Assembly: GCF_009914755.1 (NCBI RefSeq)
Contig: NC_060943.1
DNA length: 64,000 nucleotides
Source: the human T2T-CHM13v2.0 reference genome, Homo sapiens
Strand: one strand, 5' to 3'
Position 1 is the stretch's first letter. Every line of letters starts with the position of its first letter. Positions 36,921-53,125 of this stretch are shown here, piece by piece. The notes under the pieces were generated by a model that did no database searches, was not told the origin of the DNA, and saw only the letters and a list, made by a program, of their open reading frames with translations. The translations under genes were made by a program, and so were the position numbers.

Positions 36921-37390
36921 ACCACCGCGCCCAGCTGGCTACGTTTTTAGAAAAGAATTTCCAGTTTGTGCTGGGGCTGCTACAAGAGCTCGATGCCCTG
37001 GTCCCTGCTCAGGGACGTGGGTGGGTGCCTTGTCTGTCCCCACACCCTGGTCCCAGCCTCGTGTGTCTCTGGGCAGGAACATCGCCAGGCGGGGCCTCTG
37101 GGTTCCCAGCGCCTTAGCCCAGGGCCCGCCAGCTGCCAGCGAAGGGTGCCTTCCCGAAGGGGGTGCCTTCCCGAAGGGGCCTCCTCAGCAGGCGCTGGGC
37201 TCTTCCCTTCCCGGAGGCGTGGCCAGAAGTTCCCCTTGGGCCTCCGGTCCTCGGGGCGTAAGGGCCACGGTGTATTTTTGGGATGAAAACCAGTCCTTCC
37301 CGGGGAGGAGCCGCAGGTTCCTGGGGGTCAGGCAGGCAGCGCGGGCCGTGCTCCTCCACTCTGCTGACCGCGTCTCGCCGGGCCTTGCAG

Positions 37391-37547
37391 CCGGCACAGT
37401 CTTCACTACCGTAGAAGACCTTGGCTCCAAGATACTCCTCACCTGCTCCTTGAATGACAGCGCCACAGAGGTCACAGGGCACCGCTGGCTGAAGGGGGGC
37501 GTGGTGCTGAAGGAGGACGCGCTGCCCGGCCAGAAAACGGAGTTCAA
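37391..37547 (+). CDS. BSG: Basigin exon, first half of Ig1 (GTVFTTVEDLGSKILLTCSLNDS...KTEF)
   Basis: TTGCAG acceptor, AA|GTGAG donor; recognisable CD147 sequence. Confidence 0.97.
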
Positions 37548-38269
37548 GTGAGTGCCTGACCACGCCATGCCGCCACCTGCCCCTTCTCACGGCTCTCTTG
37601 CCGCCAGCGGCCTGTGGTCCGTGAGAACAAAAGACCGGTCGGCAGGCTTGATCCAGGCGGAAGTTAGGGACCAGCTCCGCGCAGACCCCCAGAGGGAAAC
37701 CCCAGGGAGGGGTCTGAGGGGCGTCCTTGTGAGGCAGGGGGCTCCAGCAGCCCTGGCAGGAGTCCCCATTGCTTGCTCCTCACTAGGTCCCGGGCACGAA
37801 AGGGCGCCACACTGCCAGGTCCCGGGCACGTGTGCGGGCCTCCCAGGCTCTGTGCTCCTGGCACAAGAGGGCACCACACTGAGGCATGCCCTGCTCGGAC
37901 CCCAGACGCTGTCATGGCCGGAGCTTTGTCATAACTGGGGCTGGGACGGCCCTGGGAGCACAGAGCCTTTTGTTTTCAGGCTGACTGGGAAGACGGTCAC
38001 AGGGTGTGGGGTGCAGAGCAGGGACCAGAGGTGTGGGGTTCATCAGTCGGGGAGAAGGGGGTCTGTTGGTTCTCTCACCTGTGGGGTCTTGCCAGCCTGG
38101 CTCTGTCCTTGGGGCCGCACGGGGACCCCAGGAGTTCTTTTGAGGTTCAGACTTGACTGGGACAGTTTTGCTTTTTCACTGTGCCGTGGTTGGGCCCCTG
38201 GAGAACCCTGGGTCCTTGGAGGCGTCCTGCAGAGCTGGTACGCGGCTCACCTGCCTGCTGTGGTTGCAG

Positions 38270-38352
38270 GGTGGACTCCGACGACCAGTGGGGAGAGTAC
38301 TCCTGCGTCTTCCTCCCCGAGCCCATGGGCACGGCCAACATCCAGCTCCACG
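38270..38352 (+). CDS. BSG: Basigin exon, second half of Ig1 (VDSDDQWGEYSCVFLPEPMGTANIQLH)
   Basis: GCAG acceptor, G|GTGAG donor; contains Glu92 (38319-38321) and Met94 (38325). Confidence 0.97.
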
Positions 38353-38536
38353 GTGAGTCCTGCAGCCAGGGGTACCGGGCACCACCGACTGTCGGGAGAA
38401 GTTGTTGGCCTGAGGCACCCGGCACATCCCAGAGCCCTGGCCCCCTGCTCCCTGGAGGGGAACAGCCCTCCTGCGGGAGGCCGGGGATGGGGGCGGGCCT
38501 GCGGTTCCAGGCTCCTCTCTCTCACCCTCCTGTCAG

Positions 38537-38673
38537 GGCCTCCCAGAGTGAAGGCTGTGAAGTCGTCAGAACACATCAACGAGGGGGAGACGGCCATGCT
38601 GGTCTGCAAGTCAGAGTCCGTGCCACCTGTCACTGACTGGGCCTGGTACAAGATCACTGACTCTGAGGACAAG
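38537..38673 (+). CDS. BSG: Basigin exon, first half of Ig2 (PPRVKAVKSSEHINEGETAMLVCK...KITDSEDK)
   Basis: TCAG acceptor, AAG|GTGAG donor, phases consistent. Confidence 0.97.
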
Positions 38674-38690
38674 GTGAGAAGCCAAGGAGG

Positions 38691-39188
38691 CTGGGGGTCC
38701 TGGACCCAGCCCTCAGGACTGGGTGAGAGGCCTAGACTGGGGGTCCCGGACCCAGCCCTCAGGACTGGGTGAGGGGCCTAGACTGGGGGTCCCGGACCCA
38801 GCCCTCAGGACTGGGTGAGGGGCCTAGACTGGGGGTCCCGGACCCAGCCCTCCGGACTGGGTGAGGGGCCTAGACTGGGGGTCCCGGACCCAGCCCTCCG
38901 GACTGGGTGAGGGGCCTAGACTGGGGGTCCCGGACCCAGCCCTCTGGACTGCAGCCCTCCAGACTGGGTGAGGGGCCTAGACTGGGGGTCCCGGACCCAG
39001 CCCTCAGGACTGGGTGAGGGGCCTAGACTGGGGGTCCCGGACCCAGCCCTCCGGACTGGGTGAGGGGCCTAGACTGGGGGTCCCGGACTCAGCCCTCCGG
39101 ACTGGGTGAGGGGCCTAGACTGGGGGTCCCGGACTCAGCCCTCAGGACTGGGTGAGGGGCCTAGACTGGGGGTCCTGGACTCAGCCCT
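38691..39188. repeat. 46-bp minisatellite filling a BSG intron, about 10-11 copies
   Basis: CTGGGGGTCCCGGACCCAGCCCTCAGGACTGGGTGAGGGGCCTAGA at 38691, 38737, 38783 and onward. Confidence 0.95.
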
Positions 39189-39205
39189 TGCCTTTGGTCC
39201 CCTAG

Positions 39206-39482
39206 GCCCTCATGAACGGCTCCGAGAGCAGGTTCTTCGTGAGTTCCTCGCAGGGCCGGTCAGAGCTACACATTGAGAACCTGAACATGGAGGCCGACCC
39301 CGGCCAGTACCGGTGCAACGGCACCAGCTCCAAGGGCTCCGACCAGGCCATCATCACGCTCCGCGTGCGCAGCCACCTGGCCGCCCTCTGGCCCTTCCTG
39401 GGCATCGTGGCTGAGGTGCTGGTGCTGGTCACCATCATCTTCATCTACGAGAAGCGCCGGAAGCCCGAGGACGTCCTGGATG
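39206..39482 (+). CDS. BSG: Basigin exon, rest of Ig2 plus transmembrane helix with intramembrane Glu (LAALWPFLGIVAEVLVLVTIIFIY-EKRRK)
   Basis: CTAG acceptor, G|GTGAG donor at 39483. Confidence 0.97.
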
Positions 39483-40196
39483 GTGAGCCGTCTGCCCTCC
39501 TGCCCACATGCCCTGCTCTCGGGGTGGCCCAGGGCCACTCCTGGTCCGTCCCTGCCAGCCCCACCGCTGACCCAGAGCTTGGAACTGAGGAGCCCCAGGC
39601 AGGGAGTTGATGGGACCCCGAAAGAAAGTGTGGGATGGAGGGTCTAGCCCCGGGCAGCTGCGGCTCAGTGGGCAGCGGGACCCCGGGAGGAGGAGGCGGC
39701 ACCTCCGCCCCACAGCCTCACCCGGCCCTTCCCTCCCGCTCACTTGGCTGCAAGCCAGTGTCCTCCGTGGTGAGCCGGCCCTTGCTGCTCTGCATGATCA
39801 GGCTCGGGAACCTGAGGTCAGCCATGCTGTGCTCCGGCAGCCCCTGCCTGCCTCCTCGCGGAGCCCTTCTGCCCCTTGGGCTGCGTGTGCCGGGGCGAGG
39901 CCTGTGTGGGGCCTGTGATGGCAGCTCCTGGAAAACGCTGTGGGGCAGGGGTGAGGCCCACGAGGCCATGGGGACAGCTCACCATGGGGAGCACACCTGC
40001 AGGTGGGGAGGGCTGCCTTTCCCCACAGCACTCAGAAGATGCACGTGGCCGGGGCTGATGAGCTGCCCCGAGCCACCCCTGGGGGTCACTGAGGGCAGGG
40101 CTGGCAGCACAGATGCCCCTGCTCGGGGCCTGAGTGGGGCCAGTGCTGACAGGCTGTCCTCTCGTCCTCTTTTTCATGGCGGCGGTCCTTCTTCAG

Positions 40197-40221
40197 ATGA
40201 CGACGCCGGCTCTGCACCCCT
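40197..40221 (+). CDS. BSG: Basigin 25-nt micro-exon (cytoplasmic DDDAGSAPL)
   Basis: TTCAG acceptor, CT|GTAAG donor; needed to keep the frame. Confidence 0.95.
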
Positions 40222-40404
40222 GTAAGTTCCAGCTGTGGGGGTCGGGGGTCCCAAGGAGCGGCCTGCTGCCCCAGGCCTTTAAAACACAAAGGCAGAGCCC
40301 CTGGGCTTCAGTATTCGGGGGTCCTGGGGGCCGGGGTGGGCAGGGGTGACTTGGAGAGAGTGACTTGCGGGGGACACCCTCTCACCCGGCCCCTCGTGCC
40401 CCAG

Positions 40405-40468
40405 GAAGAGCAGCGGGCAGCACCAGAATGACAAAGGCAAGAACGTCCGCCAGAGGAACTCTTCCTGA
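40405..40468 (+). CDS. BSG: Basigin last coding exon (KSSGQHQNDKGKNVRQRNSS*)
   Basis: Stop TGA 40466-40468; the joined CDS without the cassette exon is 810 nt = 269 aa. The exon continues to a donor at 40474. Confidence 0.97.
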
Positions 40469-40640
40469 GGCAGGTGCGGTGGGCGGGAGCTCCTCCTGAG
40501 CCAGGTGTGGTGGGTGGGTGGGCGGGAACTCCTGAGCCAGGTGTGGTGGGCGGGATCTGCTAGCCAGGTGTGGGCTCCTGGGTCCCGCCTGTGGGTCGCT
40601 GGGAGGTGGGTCCAGTCTGAGCGCCCCTCCCTGTCCACAG

Positions 40641-41380
40641 GTGGCCCGAGGACGCTCCCTGCTCCACGTCTGCGCCGCCGCCGGAGTCCACTCCCAGTGC
40701 TTGCAAGATTCCAAGTTCTCACCTCTTAAAGAAAACCCACCCCGTAGATTCCCATCATACACTTCCTTCTTTTTTAAAAAAGTTGGGTTTTCTCCATTCA
40801 GGATTCTGTTCCTTAGGTTTTTTTCCTTCTGAAGTGTTTCACGAGAGCCCGGGAGCTGCTGCCCTGCGGCCCCGTCTGTGGCTTTCAGCCTCTGGGTCTG
40901 AGTCATGGCCGGGTGGGCGGCACAGCCTTCTCCACTGGCCGGAGTCAGTGCCAGGTCCTTGCCCTTTGTGGAAAGTCACAGGTCACACGAGGGGCCCCGT
41001 GTCCTGCCTGTCTGAAGCCAATGCTGTCTGGTTGCGCCATTTTTGTGCTTTTATGTTTAATTTTATGAGGGCCACGGGTCTGTGTTCGACTCAGCCTCAG
41101 GGACGACTCTGACCTCTTGGCCACAGAGGACTCACTTGCCCACACCGAGGGCGACCCCGTCACAGCCTCAAGTCACTCCCAAGCCCCCTCCTTGTCTGTG
41201 CATCCGGGGGCAGCTCTGGAGGGGGTTTGCTGGGGAACTGGCGCCATCGCCGGGACTCCAGAACCGCAGAAGCCTCCCCAGCTCACCCCTGGAGGACGGC
41301 CGGCTCTCTATAGCACCAGGGCTCACGTGGGAACCCCCCTCCCACCCACCGCCACAATAAAGATCGCCCCCACCTCCACC
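40641..41380 (+). other. BSG: BSG terminal non-coding 3'UTR exon (3' end approximate)
   Basis: Acceptor CCCTGTCCACAG|G at 40640/40641; AATAAA at 41356-41361. Confidence 0.85.
41356..41361 (+). terminator. BSG: BSG polyadenylation signal AATAAA
   Basis: Canonical hexamer at the end of the 3'UTR exon. Confidence 0.85.
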
Positions 41381-43154
41381 CTCACCCTCTCCTGGCTCCT
41401 GTCTGTGCCTGACGGGGTTGGGTTTTCCGAGAGCAGGTGCACCCTGGGCTCTGGTGGTCACAGCAGGGGTGCGTCCAGTACTGGGATTTCACATGCGAGG
41501 ACGGGTCTGCTGAGACCGCAGTGGGTGTTGGGTGGCTCGGGGCATGGGCTGGACAGGGCCTGAGGCTGTCAGCCGGACTGGGAACTTGGAAGGTGGCTGG
41601 GGCCGACCCCGTGCCTCAGAGCCACACAGAAGAGAGTGGGCACTGACCTGAGCCTTCTCTGAGCCTGTTACTCCTCTCGGCATGTTTTGGGCCTGACAAA
41701 GGCTGAGGCTTTCTGCTGCCTGCCCTGCAGCTGCCTGCACCCACCCACCTGGGCGGGCTGCTTGGGCAAGGTTCAGGGGTGGTCCTGGCTGCTCCTGGAG
41801 AGTGGGTGTGTGAAGCTGGTGCCCAGAGGCTGAGGGATGCCCAGCCCCTGCCCGCCCAGCACACGGAACAGATGTGGTTGCAGGGCTGGAGAGCTTGGGG
41901 GACCAGGAGCTTAGAGCGTGGAGGTTGCAAGTTGCAGGACCAGTAACTGGGTCTGGAGGGAGGTTTGCAGCGGCTGTGTCAGCCCTGCAGGCCGAGTGTG
42001 GCACTGGGCCTTCTGCTGGTCTGAGCGGGGGTCTCAGGGTGGAGGTCAGCAAAAGAGGCTTAGTGGGGGCTTAGGGAGCCTGGGTGGGTTCCCAGAGAAG
42101 CTAGGAATCAGATGGGAAGATGGGAAGGCAGTGTGTTTCCGTGTTGGGCAAATCCAGCGTTTTCATGCCACGGAAGCCAAGAAAGGGCTCACGGCCTCCG
42201 GCCTCACAGGGCTACGCAAAGGGGGAGTTGAATAAACACGGTGACGGGCCCCGGGCGGCAGCTGCTCCCGGCACTGATCCTGCTGGGCCAGCGGTGGACT
42301 TGCAGGGCCCACATCCGGAGCTGCCCACTGGTCCTCGTGCTGCACAGCCTTGGAGGATCTGAGGCTGGCTCAGGGTCCCTGGCAGCAACTGCCCTGCTAG
42401 GTGGGGGCTGCTGGGTTCCACAGCTGGGCCCTCCCTGCCGGCTGCCACCAGGCGGCGCTGCACGCCCACGCTGAGTGGGGCAGGCCCTGGAGCCCCTCTG
42501 CCCGGGCAGCCTGACGGCCCCTCCTCCTCGGCTGAGACCGCAGAGTCCCAGGCATCACCCACTGAAAGTGTGCTCAGTGACCTGTGAATAGGGATGCCAC
42601 GTCTGCGTGCAGACATTGATTAGGCGCCTGTGGTATACCTGGAGCTGGAGGGTGTGCGTGGACAACAGGCAGAAAGGTCCAGTGGGATGGAGGCTGCCAA
42701 CAGGACGATGGGGAAGGGGCGCGTTGGGGACATCGCCGGGCACGCGGCCCAGGTGGGCCCCTGGCTCAGGTCTCCCCCCACCTCCCTGCCTGGGCTCTGT
42801 CCATCTTTCTGCCGCACCCTCAGCCCCAGGTGTGGGCCCACCGTGCTTGTGGACGCCTCATGCTCTGTACCGGGTGGGAGGTGTGGGAGTTACAGGTCAG
42901 GGCAGCCTTGGGAGACGGGCAGGTTTCCTGGGGTGCTTACCGGCAGATGGGGCGCCTGGGTCCGTGCAGGGTCGTCCGCCCGAGAAAGCAGCCCCTCACC
43001 CCTGGGCACTAACTTCATCTTTTTTCTTTGCACACAGAAACGTAAACCTGATTCACAAAAGTATAACCACTCAGCATGTAGCTTTGTACACCTGCCCTCA
43101 GCATTTAGTGTCCTCGTTCATCCAACAAGCATCTAATAAGCACTGGGGTACGCA

Positions 43155-43395
43155 GTGGTGGGTGTCCGCCCCGTCACTGGGTGTCCAGCGTGGGGTGCGG
43201 AGGTGGATGTCCACCCCGTCGGTGGGTGCCCGGCGCGGAGGGGTGCGGAGGTGGATGTCCGCCCCGTCGGTGGGTGCCCGGCGCGGAGGGGTGCGGAGGT
43301 GGATGTCCGCCCCGTCGGTGGGTGCCCGGCGCGGAGGGGTGCGGAGGTGGATGTCCGCCCCGTCGGTGGGTGCCCAGCCCGATGTCCACCCCGTC
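43155..43395. repeat. 48-bp CpG-rich minisatellite, about 4-5 copies, between BSG and HCN2
   Basis: GTGGATGTCC at 43203, 43251, 43299 and 43347. Confidence 0.9.
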
Positions 43396-44169
43396 CCTGG
43401 GTGCTCTTGGTGGCAACTCGCTGAAGCCTGCCTCGGTTTCCCCAGAGGTGAGATGGGGAAGTCACCACCGCCAGGTCATGAGATGAGATTAGATCATCCT
43501 TGCCAAGTATCAGGAAAAGGCCTCAGGGCTCCCCTGGGAACCTTGGGGTCTCAGGAGTCCCAGCTCCCAGTGGGCAGGGGTAGGGTTGGGGCGGCCAGAG
43601 GAACAAGTGTTTGTTCATGGGCTGGACCCCACCGCGGCCCCAAAGCTGGGCTGCCTATTCCTGTCCTGGGCAAATTGGCCTCTCCTCCCTCTTACCCCCC
43701 ACCCCAGTGGGAGCCCACAAGGACAGGGCCTGCCCCATCCCCTCCACTCTGGGCTGTGGCTCTAAGCAGCACGTCCCACTCTAGGGGCTCAGGGCAGGGA
43801 CAGTGACTCATCCAAGGTCCCGCCGTGGAGGGCAGAGCTGAAGGAGTGAGAAGGAGCTGCTGACATGGAACTGGCCCGTGCGGAAAGACTTTGGTCTTCC
43901 CCATATTTTTCACCAGGCTCCTGGGGCAAGGTGAGCCCAGCAGGGAGAAGGAAACTTGTGTGAATCCCAGGCCAGCAGGACTGGGGGCCCTGCTCTCATC
44001 GCAGACGCTGCAGACACGGAGGCCTGGGGCAGGGGCCCTCAGGGCTGTGCTCCTGCAGAGATGGAGCTTGCGTGTGTGGCTGAGACTGGGATGCCACCCC
44101 CTTTCCTAAGCCTCTGTTTCCTCCGCTGTAAATGTGGGCCCAGGCCTGCCATGCACAGCTCATCTCTTT

Positions 44170-46314
<2,145 letters not shown>

Positions 46315-47509
46315 TCAGCTGGAGCACGCATCTGCCTCGGGGCGGGCCACAGCCTGGCACTGCCAACTGTGCCGCCCGCCCGGCCTCTCCCGCACCACCT
46401 TGGGACAAACAGCTGTCCTGCCCGCCTATGCGGAGGTGGCCGGCGGGGCCGGCGTGGGGGCGCAGGGATCCCCAGGGTGTGGGGCAGCCAGGCCGAGGCG
46501 AGAGACACGGTCGGGCTCAGCCCATCCACTGTCAGCCGGGCACATGCTGGCCCTCCCTCAAGTACCACTGAGTGCCTCCTGGGTGTAGGAAGAGGGCCAT
46601 CTCTGCCCCGGTGGCCTCGAGGTGCAGATGGGTGGGGGGCACCCGGCACACGGGACATCGTGGCTGAGAGGACGTCAGGCCAGGTGCCAGGAGGGTCCCA
46701 GGAGGGCCTCCTGCCTCCAGGTGGGGATGTTCAGCCTCCACTTCTTCGAGTGTGACTGTCTGTCTCCTCTCTCTCACTTGCCAGCTTCCTCACCTGCCCC
46801 CTCCCGGCTGTCTGGTGGGCTGGGTGGCTAGGGACAGAGGCCTCATGTCACCTGGCACCAAGCAGCACCCACGCCCAGCCGGCTTCGGCCCAGAAGCAGA
46901 GCCTTGGGAAGCACCTGTCTCAGAGCTGGGGACTGGAGGCACTGGGGGCACAGCTGCACCCGGAGTCCGAGGGGTCGGGGAAAGGAGGCAACCCCGGGGC
47001 AGGGGGCTCTGGTACCCGTGCGAAGGCGCTAGTGGGCTTTGGGTCTCCCTGTGACCCCAATCTAAAGCCCACCAGACCTAGAGGAGACCCCCGCCGCACG
47101 GCTCCCCAGGGCACTGTTTGAGGGGTGGGTGGGAACCCCACACCCTCGGGTGGCTTTTCCAGTTTTCCTTGTCTGGCTGGGCTTGGCCTCAGTTTCCTCA
47201 AATGCAGACCAGGGAGAGGAGTGCCTGAGTCTCCCAGAACGGCGCCCAAGCCGGCCTGCCCCTCCCCACGCACTCAAGGGTCTCTGTCCAGGGCCCACAG
47301 GCGACCCAGCAAGGGCTCCTGTGACCTTTAGAAACACCCTTTCGTCGTGGAAGTCTTCAAACCTCACAGAAAGCAAGGAGGCGCTGGCCGTGGCGGCCTC
47401 TCCCGTCTCCCAGGCCCGCGTCCACCCTCCCCGCGCCGGTGCCCTCCGGACAGAGGTGGAAGCCGCGGCGCAGGAGAGGCGGCTCCGGCCGGGCAGCGGG
47501 GCCCGGTGA

Positions 47510-49036
<1,527 letters not shown>

Positions 49037-49560
49037 TAGACGCCGCTGTGGATCCAGCCGGCTAATGCGTGGAAGGCTCGGAGCAGGGCCGGCGCGGGGC
49101 CACCGCCACTGATGTTTGCGGTCGTGGTTCCTGGGCTGTGCGTGCTGTGGCCGGAGAGCGAGACCGGCGCGTGTCCCCGTGGGCTGTGTGTGAACAGGGG
49201 CCCGTGACCGCGGCGGGGTTCCCGGGGCGCGAGCCTGTGGCCGGAGAGGTGTGTCTCCAGGAGTGTGTTTGCGTGGTGGTCGCGGGCGTGTGCGCCTCCG
49301 GTGGGTTTATTTTGGTGGGACGTGTGGTTTGTGTGTGTTGGGACCAGGTGGCGGGCGTGCGCGTGTACGCCCGGGGCCGGTGTGCACCGGTGGGCAGTAG
49401 TGTGAGCCGCAGGCAGGTCTCACACACGCGACCATGGAGGGATGCGTGTGTGTTTGTGTATCCACGAGTGGGGTGTGAGGTGGGGTGTGGAGGGTGCAGG
49501 TGGAGGGTGTAGGTGGGGCCCGCCGGGCTAGCGAGGCCGGGCGCGCGGGACGGGCGCGGT

Positions 49561-49581
49561 TTCAGCACCACGGACAGCGCG
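49561..49581 (+). promoter_or_regulatory. RE1/NRSE (REST/NRSF site) in HCN2 intron 1
   Basis: TTCAGCACCACGGACAGCGCG matches the canonical TTCAGCACCACGGACAGCGCC at 20 of 21 positions. Confidence 0.92.
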
Positions 49582-51188
49582 CCGGACCTGGGAAGCCTGC
49601 GGTTTTCCCGCCTGTCTCTCCTCCTCCAGGCCTGGGCGCCCCAGGACAGCCCCCACGGACCCTGGACCCCCGGAACTGGGCAGGGAGGCTGTGGGGTTCT
49701 CTCTTCCCCTGGATTCTCTGCACCCCTAGTGCTTGACTGGAGAAACTGAGGCCTGGGGCACATGCGTCCTGGACAGAGCCTGGAGGAAGGCCCTGGAATC
49801 CTCCTCCCACCCCAGGCCTTCCTGAGAGGTGAATACAGCTTTGACCAGAAGCCTGGATTTCGAGACAGGCCAGGGGTGGGAGGAGCCCCGAAATCCCCAG
49901 AGGGGCTGTGTCCGGCCCCTCCCACCCTGCCTCTGTGCCCCACCGGGAGAGCTTGGTCAGCATCTGGGCTCTGGCCTGCGAAATGTGGACAGTGAGCGGG
50001 AAGGACTGGACTTCCAGGGCTGCTGGTCGGCCTGGCCCCACTTCCAGTCGGGCAGTGGCACCCCCTGACCGGAGAGGGACGCGGTGGAGAGGGAGCTGTA
50101 GAACGTGCCCACTCCCCTCCGTCCCCTCCAGCATGACCTTCGACAGAGATGGGTGCACCGCAGCGTGGGGGCTGGCAGGTGGAGGCCCACACCAGCCACT
50201 CCCTCCCCTGGGCAGCTCCAGCGACCCCCTGGCTGCAGAGGGGCGGTCGGTGGCCTGGGGGGCAGGTGGGCAGATGGCTGATCCCGGGGCTTGGGGGGAA
50301 GGCCGGTGGTAGGAGTGAAGCCCTCTCATCCTTCCACCCTCCTTGGGCGTGGTCGCCTGGAGGCCTGGGCAGGCTGTGGCCCCGCTCTGTGCTCTGAGGC
50401 ATAGAGGGCTCAGAGGCCCCTGTGTGGACCAAGTGCAGCCCCACCCCGGCAGATGAGTGTTGAAGTGGAACTGAGCAGGCAGGGAATGGGGTTAGCGGGG
50501 CCTGTCTTCGGGACTAGGGGAGTCACGGCAGTCAGATTTTAAAAAAGGATTTCGATGTTGCCAAGCTGGGTGCACGGGGCCCCTAGGACCCTCCCCAGGC
50601 TTGGGACCTGTGCCAGTGTGGAATCAGTGTGGAAAAAGACCCCCAAGAATATCTCAAAAGCTCCCTAAGCAGGCGGCCGGACCCTGCTGTGGAGGGTGTT
50701 TTGGGGCAGCCCACAGCAAGCGAAGGGGCCTCTACGTTTGCAGCTGACTCAGGAGCCTGGCCCCAACTGGCTTCGGGCCCAAGGCCTCCTGTGCCTGGCT
50801 GGGTGTCTTGGGTCCTCGCTGGGCCCCTCTGCCTCAGTTTCCCCAATTGCACGGTGGGGATGGTATGAGGGAGAAGGATGGGGTCTTTCACAGCCTTGCC
50901 AGTGTCTCAGCCTCACGTCTCACACTCTCTTCACCTCCCCTTCCTGCTGAGAGAGTGCTGTGCTCCTTGCCCAGCCTGTGCCCCCCAGGCACGCCCTCAC
51001 CCCGGTTCTTCCTCGCTGCCCAGCTGTCTCCGCCACGCCCAAGTCCACCCTGCTCCCGTGCTCGGAAGTGGCCTCTTTCACGCCCCACGTCCCAGTCCCA
51101 GTATACAGCAGGTGCCACATATTTGCTGAATTTTCTGAGGGGCAGAGCATGGGTCCTGGGCTGACGTGGGTCCAGATTTCGGCTCTCA

Positions 51189-51545
<357 letters not shown>

Positions 51546-52781
51546 CTATTGCTGAAGTCTCTGGGGCTGTGGGTGGCTCTACACCCCGGCCTGACGTCTG
51601 AAAGTCCCCAGAGGCATGCTGGGCGCTTCCCTGGGGTGCTGGTGGAAGAGCAAGTTCAAGGACCCAAGTTCAAGGTTTTGGGTTCCAGAGGCTCAAGTTC
51701 CCTTCCTTGTAGGTGATCACGGTTGGTGCCTGAATTGGAACAGGCGTGAAAACCAAGAAGGAAGGGGTTTGGCCTTATGCAACCCCCAGGGCTTCGGCAG
51801 GGTCTTCTGTGCCTCCCAGAGCAAAATTAGGTCAAAAATAAGTATAGTTCATTCCTACTCCCTTCACCCCAGCCGCCGCTGATTCTAAAGGCCACACAGG
51901 TCCACTTGGGAAAGCCTGAGTCGTGCAAAGGAGGGTGTCTCCGCAGGAGAGGGGCAGGGGCTGGAGGTCTCTGCACGAGAAGGGCTGGGGCTGGAGGGTG
52001 TCTCCGCAGGAGAGGGGCTGGGGCTGGAGGGGACACGAAGGCCCAGGGAGGGGCGGTCTGAGGAGGTCGCGTTCTCCGAAGCTTGCTGTCATCCACCCTC
52101 CCTGCCCCCGGTGTCACCGAGGGGGCTGGGCAGACCTGGCGGGGTGGAGACCTGGGCAGATCCGGGGTTTGTGCCCTGGGAGCTCTGGGGGGCACAGGGC
52201 AGGTGTCGGGTGGAGAGAGGCTGGCGGCTTCCTGACTGCCCTCGGTCCAGTTCCAGGGCTAAGTGCCCTGTGGCCGCCCTGCCGTCTCCTGCTGCTGCTG
52301 ACTTGCAGGTCTGTGTTTCTGAATTGTCTTCAGCTGGGGAGGCCCCGTGTGAGGGGAGACAGACGAGATGCTCCCCAAAGCCAGGATCTGTTATGTCCCC
52401 TGGGGTCCCCGAGAGGACTGGTCGGGGAGGAGCTGCTCCAAGACCCCACCAGGACAGGCGGCCCCTGGGCCCCGCCTCAGATGGCTGAGTGGGTCAGCGG
52501 GAGATCAGCCTGGGGGTGCAGCTCTGCAAATCCGCAGTGATGAATCCCAGCATTAGGGCGTGGGAATAAACCCCCCATTATCCTGGGGGGATGGCCCCGG
52601 GGGCAGGGCGAGGCGAGGGTTTGTCTGGCTCTGGTCACGGCAGGAAGGCCCAGCGTGTGCAGGATGGTGGGGTGTGCATGGACCCATATCCCAGGTGGCG
52701 GTGGCCTGCCCTCTGGTCTGCGTGGAGGGGTCAGGGGTCGGGGTGGCCAAGGCCTCCCCGCTCTCTTCAGGGCCTTCCCTA

Positions 52782-52925
<144 letters not shown>

Positions 52926-52938
52926 CTACAAAAAGTTA

Positions 52939-53125
<187 letters not shown>

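Noticed and set aside
40469-40640. 3'UTR intron making the normal BSG mRNA an NMD target
   Set aside because: The proximal donor is only 5 nt after the stop, well within the NMD-safe distance.
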